Of a DNA stretch of 64,000 bases, positions 56,034 through 64,000 are shown piece after piece. This stretch comes from an uncultured virus (IMG/VR IMGVR_UViG_3300025141_016052) (Duplodnaviria; Heunggongvirae; Uroviricota; Caudoviricetes): IMG/VR virus record IMGVR_UViG_3300025141_016052; one strand, written 5' to 3'. Made by a program: the position numbers and the translations under genes. A model generated the notes under the pieces. That model had not been told where the DNA came from. It saw only the letters and a list, made by a program, of their open reading frames with translations, and searched no databases. Each line of letters starts with the position of its first letter. Positions within the stretch are counted from its first letter, which is position 1.

Positions 56034-59000
56034 CGTGGACTGTAGATATGCAGCATACTGAGATCAACATACAGTCTCAGAAATTTGAACCAGTTGATAC
56101 TTCTCGTCTTACTGTGGCTGAATCATCTTCAGCCTTTGTGCCTACGAATCCCAATGTCAATCTAGCGGATGCAATGCAAACCATAGACGAGATTATTGAA
56201 TCAAGAGAAAGTCTTATGAGGACAGGTGCGGTGTATCCAACAACAGGATATCCACTAGAATCAGAAACATCTTCTCAATCTGCCCCAAGTCAGTCAAGTA
56301 CCATCTCTATTGAGGGCTCTGTTGATTTTATAGACGCATCAGATGATATATTCAACACACTTACAAGCCCGGCTCAGTCTGTAGGTGTTTCAGCATCTTC
56401 TCCTGAGATAATTGGAACTTTTGACTTCGTCCCTCTATATTCTGAAATATTCCCACACAAGAATGAAAACGTTTCAAATGCGCTTTATCAGAATGTCATG
56501 CTTGGATCATTTACTTCAGAGGCAGCTAGAAATTGTCTTGTTAAGCTCTTATCAAATGAGGACGGAGCTTCAGATACGATAATTTCTTCTCTTGCAGGTG
56601 ACATATCTTTTGAATCATATAGCGATCTAAAGTCTGGATTTGCACACATGTGCAGATTTGCATACTTTGTTAGGTTATTCTCAGCAAGAACCTGGTACGC
56701 AAACGATGACTCTAGCTCCATGGCGAAAGTATATTTAATGTTTAACGACATAAGGGATGCCCTAGATGTCACGACCTCTAATGCGACGTCGACGCAGTCA
56801 TACTGGTCTACCACGGCCAAGTATAACGGATACAATGCAGAACTTGTAGAAGATCCCCAGAGAGACACATATTCAAACCCATTCAAGCATTCTAATCTCG
56901 ACTCAATGTCAGATGTCTTTACAACTATCTTATGTCTTAGTGATAGTCAAATTGCTGCATCCTCAAACACAGCTCTCATAGGGCAGATTATTAGAGATAT
57001 TAGAAAAAGTGTAGTTGACATATGCCCGTCTAGCTACGGCTCCGCAGTTAACGAGGGATGGTCACAAAGAGGGTCCGGTGAAGCGACATATGGAAAATAC
57101 ACAGTTATGGATGATACATCCAGCCAGTTTGACTCAATAGTAACAGGTCTTAATTATTTAAACCTGTCTTCGGGCGTAACAACTGATGAAAATGAAGTTG
57201 ACTATCTATCTCAGGATGACTATGATTTATTTATAGAATCTCTATCAGGTACAACTCAGCAGATTAGCTACCTTGTTCATCTATGTCATGCAATTAATAG
57301 AGATATAAATCTATCTTTTCTTAAGCGTGTCCCATGGGTCTCTGATAAGTTTAAAGAAATAACATCAGAGACTCTACCTGAGAATCCATCGGCTGACCTA
57401 ATAGTCAATCAGACTATCGGACAAATTGGAGGAGATCTAACGTCAACAAGCCCAGAGTCTGAGTCTATTGCATCTCTTTTAAATCCACATATAACACAAA
57501 ATGATGTAGATTACAAAGTTCTCTCACTTGAGAGATTTGCAGTAGATTCATCGTATAGCACAGGTGCAAGCACTATCATCTCTGGATTTGATGTATTTTC
57601 AGGAGACCTGATATCAGAAATTGAAAAATCAAGAGCAGGAGGTGGAATGGGTCTCGATGTAGACCATGATAGCACTGCATTTGTTCAATTTGCATATGAC
57701 TTTTATAACAAATCCAATCAGCTAAGAGCTATGATCCCACCTCTTATTGGTGGGTCTAGAGGCTCAAATTCACTTTGGAAAAGCACCTTACGTCATCTTG
57801 CATACTATATTAAAAAGCAGGAGCTTTGGGGGTCTCCAGAAGGATCAGACCTCTCAGTTCTTGCTGAAGACCTGGACGGGCTGGCTAGGACCGTAACAGA
57901 TTTTAATGTAGGTGCTTCAGATGAGTATGAGAACATTAGATTTGGAATATTTGGGCTTGCTGGATCAGACAGCCACGTCGGCTATCTATTGACAAAATAT
58001 CTTGACCTAAGAAGACTTGCTAAAAATATGGACGTAATTCCGTCCTCTCCACATGAAGCATTTGAAGAAGGGGGAACAAAAATAGACTACCTGGAAAACG
58101 TCTATACACAATTTGCCAGTGCTGCAAGAGAGCTTGCAGAGTATGTATACAACGCTGGATACATGTCAGAAGAAGATCCGTCATCAGTCCTTTCATCTCT
58201 CGTTGGCAACTGCGACGAGATTGACATCACAGTCAGTGTCAAAGATGAATTTATAAACTCAGACCACTTCTGGTACGGAAATAGTGAAATAATTCATGTA
58301 GAGCAATACACACGGGACGGGTGGACCACTTCAGACATTGTTGCATCTGACTTGATATCCAATCTAGATGTTCTTGAGACACGAATAGGTCATGCACTAT
58401 TGACATTTCCAGGAGAGGACTCTTGGAGCATATTTGACCTTCCTCACATGATATTGTCATCAGTGTATACAGACCTGACTACACACAATCTTGTAAATGA
58501 GGACAGCACGGCAATAATAGAGGGAATGCAGCTAATTGACAATGACTGGGATAGAATTTATCAGGCAAGAGGGGAGGGAAACTTTATTGGAGGCCAATCT
58601 CTAGAAGGTCAAGAGATAACAACTAAATTCTCATTTGAGGGAGAAATTGTCGGAATAACGACAGACTATCGTGGGTGGAGCGACGACTTAAGAAGAAGGG
58701 CAATTACCTTTATAATTAGTGAAATTATAAAAGATTCAGTTAACTTTTTAAAGATCGTTCCCGTTTCTAATATTGAGGTTACAGTAGATTCTGCATTTTC
58801 AACCTCCATGGATATAGACTCGCCCGGAGGAGGTGGAAGCAGGGATGACGAAAATCGCTACGGCTGGAGCCCACCAGTGTCTCCTGATCTAGGCGATACC
58901 TGGGAGACACATCCCGGATCTCCAGCACCAGGAGTAAAGACGACATCAGATGCTGTATATCAAGTGAACTATGCAGGTTTTGAGACTGTTGCATCAAACA

Positions 59001-60976
59001 CTTCTACTATTGGCGGATATGTTACAGTAAGCGTTTTAGTAGATATTAATAAGAGAAACCTTACAGAGGTACTTGCAGCGTGTAGTGAGATCATAGATGA
59101 CGACGTTTTATCAGATGAATCAATCTCTCAGGTTAAATCTGCTTGGGATAATGGTGACTACTATAATACTCATAAGACGCTTGACGCAGTGGACTACACA
59201 CTGATGGGTCAGTTCTTTAAGACACAAGCTCTTTGTGAGTGGCTCAAGTCTTTTGGGACAGAAATGAACAATTTCGCTGTATCAATTGTAGATACAGCTT
59301 CTGGTAAAGATATGTCTAAATTAGTCTCTATGATATCGGTTATGTCTGAAAATGCTTCGCTAAATGAAGACAGTTCAGGACTATCAGCTGATGACATAAG
59401 GTCAGCAATGTGGTCCACAACGATGTTTCCTGAATCTCTTTCAACATATCAGATGCTTGCAAGATCTATGTCTACGATAACAAACGCAGGACTTTGGGAA
59501 GAAGCTGTAGCTAGTGCTGGAGAAAAATCATCAATACCAAGCTCTAGATCTCTAATGATACCTTCATGTGAGATAGTTGATGGTCTTTTTCTTTCATATC
59601 GTTTGATTCCATCTTTGAGATACATGACAGCTCCAGGTCGAGAGCAAGATCACGCTTATACTCTAGGTGGACCACAGAGTATGACGACCTCTAAGATGGA
59701 TCCCATAGCAGTAAATGGAGATCCATCTGATAGTAGAATGCAAATATTTACTATAGGTCTCCCGGTAGGATTTACAGAGATGCTAAGGGAAAATGCATCA
59801 GAGCTAAGTGCTGTAACTGGAGATGACTATTCACCTGATAGCTATTCAGCGAGTCCGATGGTATGCATAAGAATATTTAAGAAAGATCTTGACAAGGGTG
59901 ATATAATATATAAGCCAAAATCATTTGTATTTGACACAAGGATCTATCATAAGGATAGAATATCATCAGACTCAGGAGATATTCACGGAGACTTTACTAG
60001 TGATCTAGTATCTAGTGCCGGAATTTCTGATATATTTTCTACAAGTGAGACGTATTCACTTGGTGCATCAAGTGAACCGTTCATACCCGAGTCAGTTTCA
60101 GTTAGTGATACATCAGTTATGAGCGGAATTGTACCTAATGATCGTTCATATGGGCTAGTATCAGAATTTAATGATCTCTATGATGAAATACCGTTTAGTG
60201 TGTCACTAGTTCCGCCAATAAGGGGATACACCATCCAGACGCATGTCCTCTCCACCGACACCACGAATTCAGACAGCCTGGACAACAGCTTAACACTCAA
60301 TTCACTATACCCAGAATCATCAACTGATCACATAAAGAAAAATCACATGCAAGATCTCTTTCTTAAGAAGTACCTAAAGACCCTCTTGGGAATAGATGTA
60401 AGTGAAAAATCTTTTCAACTATTTAAAAAAGGAACTTCAATACTTTCAGATGGAGATGGAGCAGGTCTGGGAACAGGGCTTAGTGACTATGAGCTCATCG
60501 ACGAGGTCCTAGATACATCCAGTGACCACAAACTATCAGATGAATATCCCGGAGATGGTGAGATTACAAGCTATAGACTGAGTATACTAAAGATGATTCA
60601 ATACGGAATTGAGAATAATATTTTAGGAGATTTTGATGTAAGCTCAGAAACTGCAAACAATATTATATCAAAGCTTAGACAGTCAAGTCTATTTTCTGCA
60701 GAAAAATATTTTAACCAGGCATTTCTTCCAAAAATATTTGAAAGAGTATTTTGCATACTTATTGATCCTGATGGTTTCGACATTGACGAGGAGGCATCTG
60801 CTGAAAATGGAGTTGAGTCATTTGGTGAAATTCAAGATGATTCAATAATATGGTCGTATAAGTCAGATGTTGCATCATTTTTTGCAACAGCTGAGATACT
60901 TCCAGTAACATATGACGACGGACTTGATATTACGATATCGAATGCGTTTTACACATCGGGGGTGAAGAATGTCTAG
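56030..60976 (+). CDS. Very large acidic hypothetical protein (probably virion-associated)
   Basis: 1648 aa uninterrupted ORF, rich in S/T/D/E, with no recognisable catalytic motif. ATGA overlap with the upstream gene. Confidence 0.65.
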   Translation: MTWTVDMQHTEINIQSQKFEPVDTSRLTVAESSSAFVPTNPNVNLADAMQTIDEIIESRESLMRTGAVYPTTGYPLESETSSQSAPSQSSTISIEGSVDFIDASDDIFNTLTSPAQSVGVSASSPEIIGTFDFVPLYSEIFPHKNENVSNALYQNVMLGSFTSEAARNCLVKLLSNEDGASDTIISSLAGDISFESYSDLKSGFAHMCRFAYFVRLFSARTWYANDDSSSMAKVYLMFNDIRDALDVTTSNATSTQSYWSTTAKYNGYNAELVEDPQRDTYSNPFKHSNLDSMSDVFTTILCLSDSQIAASSNTALIGQIIRDIRKSVVDICPSSYGSAVNEGWSQRGSGEATYGKYTVMDDTSSQFDSIVTGLNYLNLSSGVTTDENEVDYLSQDDYDLFIESLSGTTQQISYLVHLCHAINRDINLSFLKRVPWVSDKFKEITSETLPENPSADLIVNQTIGQIGGDLTSTSPESESIASLLNPHITQNDVDYKVLSLERFAVDSSYSTGASTIISGFDVFSGDLISEIEKSRAGGGMGLDVDHDSTAFVQFAYDFYNKSNQLRAMIPPLIGGSRGSNSLWKSTLRHLAYYIKKQELWGSPEGSDLSVLAEDLDGLARTVTDFNVGASDEYENIRFGIFGLAGSDSHVGYLLTKYLDLRRLAKNMDVIPSSPHEAFEEGGTKIDYLENVYTQFASAARELAEYVYNAGYMSEEDPSSVLSSLVGNCDEIDITVSVKDEFINSDHFWYGNSEIIHVEQYTRDGWTTSDIVASDLISNLDVLETRIGHALLTFPGEDSWSIFDLPHMILSSVYTDLTTHNLVNEDSTAIIEGMQLIDNDWDRIYQARGEGNFIGGQSLEGQEITTKFSFEGEIVGITTDYRGWSDDLRRRAITFIISEIIKDSVNFLKIVPVSNIEVTVDSAFSTSMDIDSPGGGGSRDDENRYGWSPPVSPDLGDTWETHPGSPAPGVKTTSDAVYQVNYAGFETVASNTSTIGGYVTVSVLVDINKRNLTEVLAACSEIIDDDVLSDESISQVKSAWDNGDYYNTHKTLDAVDYTLMGQFFKTQALCEWLKSFGTEMNNFAVSIVDTASGKDMSKLVSMISVMSENASLNEDSSGLSADDIRSAMWSTTMFPESLSTYQMLARSMSTITNAGLWEEAVASAGEKSSIPSSRSLMIPSCEIVDGLFLSYRLIPSLRYMTAPGREQDHAYTLGGPQSMTTSKMDPIAVNGDPSDSRMQIFTIGLPVGFTEMLRENASELSAVTGDDYSPDSYSASPMVCIRIFKKDLDKGDIIYKPKSFVFDTRIYHKDRISSDSGDIHGDFTSDLVSSAGISDIFSTSETYSLGASSEPFIPESVSVSDTSVMSGIVPNDRSYGLVSEFNDLYDEIPFSVSLVPPIRGYTIQTHVLSTDTTNSDSLDNSLTLNSLYPESSTDHIKKNHMQDLFLKKYLKTLLGIDVSEKSFQLFKKGTSILSDGDGAGLGTGLSDYELIDEVLDTSSDHKLSDEYPGDGEITSYRLSILKMIQYGIENNILGDFDVSSETANNIISKLRQSSLFSAEKYFNQAFLPKIFERVFCILIDPDGFDIDEEASAENGVESFGEIQDDSIIWSYKSDVASFFATAEILPVTYDDGLDITISNAFYTSGVKNV

Positions 60977-63011
60977 TATTTTATCAGATCTTGATGACTT
61001 TATAGAAAGCTACGGCTACTCTTCTTTACCTAGCAAGGGAGTGAATAAGTCTTCAATACCGATTCCAGATGATGTTACAGGAGAGTTTATATACAACTAT
61101 TTTGTAAAAGATGAGACAACATCAAGGGTTGTTGAGGTAAATGGGACTTCACTAACATCGTTTACAACAGTCAGTTCAGATGCGTCAGACACGGAAATAC
61201 TTGAAGCTCTTGCTACATATGATGTTCCTAGATTTAATAGAATCACATGGACACCGCAGATTGTCGAGTCTAAAAATCCAGTTGCCTTTGATGCTGGCGA
61301 GGAGACAAGGACTACTTTTGATTTTTCGATATCTGAAAACGTTGCAAATATTCTCTTTGAAGAAGTTATGACTAGTAATCAGTATTCAGGAGTAAGCTTT
61401 GAAGATGGTGATGGAATTTCAAAACTTGCAGAAGTTGCAAAAGTTGCAATTGGATCTTCTGACACACTGTACCCTTTTTCAACAACAGAGACGTCTTCTG
61501 AATCTTCTGATTCAAATCTAGATATTGTCAATTCATACATTGAAGCAATGACTGGAGACAGTATTCTTGATAAAACTTCGAAAGAGATGCTAAGAAGTGC
61601 CCTCGGCAGCTATCAGTCACTAGGCGAATATAGCTTTTCAAATCAATTTGAAGAGACAGAAAGTTCACTCAATAGTGATATAAGCGAAAGTTCACTTTCA
61701 ATTGATGTAGGTTCGTCTATCAGCAATGTACTTGCAGGGATGTGCTCGAATGCCTGGTCTCAGGATGGTGGAAGCACATACTTTGAGGAAATAACATCAA
61801 TCAAGGGAATAATGGAGCAAATAACGGGATATACACTTACAGATGGAAATATGGGAACAGTGTCAGATGTTGATTATGATATTAGCGGAACACCTGTTAC
61901 TTATAGAGTTTCTGAGAGCATGGGTGGTCAAACAACAGCTGAACAGTATAATTCACAAGTTGTTGGATATCTTATTGAAAAATTTGAATTTGATGGATCA
62001 GGAGGCATACTTCAATTCGATCCAATTATTGTTGAAAATCCGGATGTTAGCAATGTCATAGATCCAAATATAATGTTTGGAAAGGGGTATAAGTACAGGG
62101 TTAGAACGATAGTATACTCTGAATTTAGTGCAATTAATACATACCCTGGAAACGAATCAAGAAATCAAGAAGTCGTAGTTGGAATGCTGATAGCTTCGAG
62201 GCCAAGCGCTTCAGTCTCAACTATCTGTCTTGAGAAAATTGCACCAAAGCCACCAGCTGATATAGACTTTACATACAATAGCACAGATTCTTCTGTCAGT
62301 ATTACCTGGTCGTTTCCGATTAATAGACAGAGAGACATTAAGCAATTTAGAGTATTTAAGAGAAGCTCAATAAGTGATCCATACTCACTTATCAAGGGCT
62401 ATTTCTTTGATGACTCAACCACACTTACAAGCACATCAGAGATACCATACCCTTCACTTCTTGTTGAGTCTCCAAATTCAAGATTAAGCGGTGCTCTAAT
62501 TCAGGTTGTCGATTTTCCAAATACAATGTTTAAAGATAGTAACTTTGATTTCAATGGAAAAAATATATACGCACTAACATCTGTAGACGCTAGGGGTATG
62601 AGCTCAAATTATTCACAACAGTTTGAAGTTACTTATGATAAATTTACAGGAAGATTAAATGTAAAATATCTTTCTAGGTCTGGTGCACCGATCCCGTATC
62701 CAAATCTTTATTTAAAGAATGACTTATTTGTCGACACAATTAAGACATCTGGGTTTAATCAAATGACAGTATATTTTGACCCAGAATATCTTAGTGTGAT
62801 CAATAGTGACTCTGAAACAGAAGAAGACATAGTCTCAACAGATGATGAAAATCCATCCTATAAAATATCAATGATAAACCTAGACAATCAGAAATCTAAA
62901 AATCTAGATATTTATGTTAAAGATATTAGAAATACCACTATTTCAGAACTTGAGGGTGTCGAATATGAAGTAACCACAAGGGTTGCAACACTAATAGATA
63001 CATCAACATGA
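60969..63011 (+). CDS. Virion-module protein with FN3-like domains
   Basis: GYLIEK...YKYRVRT and PKPPAD...ITWSFP...FRVFKR...YALTSVDARGMSSNYS. Confidence 0.6.
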   Translation: MSSILSDLDDFIESYGYSSLPSKGVNKSSIPIPDDVTGEFIYNYFVKDETTSRVVEVNGTSLTSFTTVSSDASDTEILEALATYDVPRFNRITWTPQIVESKNPVAFDAGEETRTTFDFSISENVANILFEEVMTSNQYSGVSFEDGDGISKLAEVAKVAIGSSDTLYPFSTTETSSESSDSNLDIVNSYIEAMTGDSILDKTSKEMLRSALGSYQSLGEYSFSNQFEETESSLNSDISESSLSIDVGSSISNVLAGMCSNAWSQDGGSTYFEEITSIKGIMEQITGYTLTDGNMGTVSDVDYDISGTPVTYRVSESMGGQTTAEQYNSQVVGYLIEKFEFDGSGGILQFDPIIVENPDVSNVIDPNIMFGKGYKYRVRTIVYSEFSAINTYPGNESRNQEVVVGMLIASRPSASVSTICLEKIAPKPPADIDFTYNSTDSSVSITWSFPINRQRDIKQFRVFKRSSISDPYSLIKGYFFDDSTTLTSTSEIPYPSLLVESPNSRLSGALIQVVDFPNTMFKDSNFDFNGKNIYALTSVDARGMSSNYSQQFEVTYDKFTGRLNVKYLSRSGAPIPYPNLYLKNDLFVDTIKTSGFNQMTVYFDPEYLSVINSDSETEEDIVSTDDENPSYKISMINLDNQKSKNLDIYVKDIRNTTISELEGVEYEVTTRVATLIDTST

Positions 63012-63038
63012 GAATTATTTTACCAGTATACATAGTGA

Positions 63039-63054
63039 ATTGTATATTTACAAT
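63039..63054 (+). promoter_or_regulatory. Palindrome containing the candidate late promoter GTATATTTA
   Basis: ATTGTA-TATT-TACAAT just before AGGAG and ATG 63067. Confidence 0.4.
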
Positions 63055-63066
63055 CAGGAGTAAGAA

Positions 63067-63771
63067 ATGGGCTTTTTAGACCACAGCACCAATAATATTA
63101 TTTTGGATGCAGTTTTAACAGATACAGGAAGACAGCTATTATCAAGAAATGACGGATCTTTTTCAATTGTGAAGTACGCTTTATCTGATGACGAAGTTGA
63201 CTATTCTGTTATTAAAAAATTTGGAAGAACAGTCGGTAAAGAAAAGATAGAAAAAAATACACCTGTATTTGAAGCAGTTACAACAGGGAATATTGCACAG
63301 AAGTATAAGCTTAGAAGTATATCTGTTCCAAATCTTGTGAGACTTCCATCACTTGGCTTGACTGGTGTAACTTCTGACACTGTTTCATTAAATATTGTTA
63401 ATACAAGGAGCTCATCTGTAACCGTTGAACAGTCAATCGGAGGAGATCAAATAGTTCCTGTTGAGCTAATCGATCAGGTTTTTCAAGTTAGGGTAAATAA
63501 TCTATTTTTACAGATATCTGGCCAGAGACCTGTCTCAATTGATCAGGAAAATATTGCAACATACTTAATCTCAAGAGCATCAACACTAAATACGGTTACA
63601 AATGGATCTAGCATTACAATGACCGTTCAAGTCAAGTCATCCCTAACAACAACAATGTTTAGCACATATGGCATAGCTGGAGACAAGACTAAAATTAGAT
63701 CATATATCTCTGTTGCAGGTGTACAATCTGGTGCAGTTAAGGATTTTCTTGTTGAAGTTAGCAAGACATAG
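63067..63771 (+). CDS. Putative virion structural protein
   Basis: MGFLDHSTNNIILDAVLTDTGRQLL...YALSDDEVDY...PVFEA; strong AGGAG RBS. Confidence 0.65.
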   Translation: MGFLDHSTNNIILDAVLTDTGRQLLSRNDGSFSIVKYALSDDEVDYSVIKKFGRTVGKEKIEKNTPVFEAVTTGNIAQKYKLRSISVPNLVRLPSLGLTGVTSDTVSLNIVNTRSSSVTVEQSIGGDQIVPVELIDQVFQVRVNNLFLQISGQRPVSIDQENIATYLISRASTLNTVTNGSSITMTVQVKSSLTTTMFSTYGIAGDKTKIRSYISVAGVQSGAVKDFLVEVSKT

Positions 63772-63791
63772 AATATAATAGGAAATAGAAT

Positions 63792-64000
63792 ATGGCAGTA
63801 TATAAGGAAATTTCTGCAGCTGATATTAAGACCAGCAGGTCAGTATTAAATCAGCTTGTCGATATTATTCAAGAAGACATCTCTGGTTCAACAACGAGAA
63901 AGAAGTATCAAGTCTTTGTAACAGGCGGAGTTGGACCAGGAGTGACATCATCTCTGTTTCAGACAGTTTATGATCAAGACTACACCCTTCAGACAGCAAA
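63792..64000 (+). CDS. 5' end of a hypothetical structural-module gene, truncated by the window edge
   Basis: ATG 63792 after AGGA. The frame MAVYKEISAADIKTSRSVLNQLVDIIQEDISGS... is open to the window end. Confidence 0.7.
   Translation, partial: MAVYKEISAADIKTSRSVLNQLVDIIQEDISGSTTRKKYQVFVTGGVGPGVTSSLFQTVYDQDYTLQTA

Noticed and set aside
1..64000. Stop-codon reassignment, as in some large phages
   Set aside because: Coding density is near complete under the standard code, and TAA, TAG and TGA all end genes at sensible boundaries.

Overview
This window looks like part of a large (jumbo-type), contractile-tailed bacteriophage genome. It is AT-rich, very densely coded, reads in the standard bacterial code, and nearly every gene is on the + strand. 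The left 34 kb (398-34504) is a very large glycan and sugar biosynthesis island of about 39 genes. It holds about a dozen glycosyltransferases, an extended-SDR epimerase, three sugar nucleotidyltransferases, two APH/choline-kinase-fold kinases, HAD phosphatases, cupins, a divergent GmhA-like SIS isomerase, a split transketolase, an SdhL-type shikimate-dehydrogenase-like enzyme, NeuA/NeuB, a UDP-sugar dehydrogenase, methyltransferases, two Pol-beta-fold nucleotidyltransferases and an antisense sulfotransferase. The most notable gene is a sedoheptulose-7-phosphate cyclase with the diagnostic residues of 2-epi-5-epi-valiolone synthase (EEVS). The right 29 kb holds a gp55-like late sigma factor followed by a baseplate/tail module: a gp5/VgrG-like hub, gp25-like and gp6/baseplate-J-like wedges, and large LamG- and FN3-like proteins rich in S/T-G-S. 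The best candidate for an undescribed system is a phage-encoded pathway that makes and nucleotide-activates a C7-cyclitol (carbasugar) and feeds a virion or host-surface glycosylation machinery. All product calls come from motif recognition by eye; no database searches were run. I saw no tRNA, rRNA, CRISPR array, integrase or transposase.
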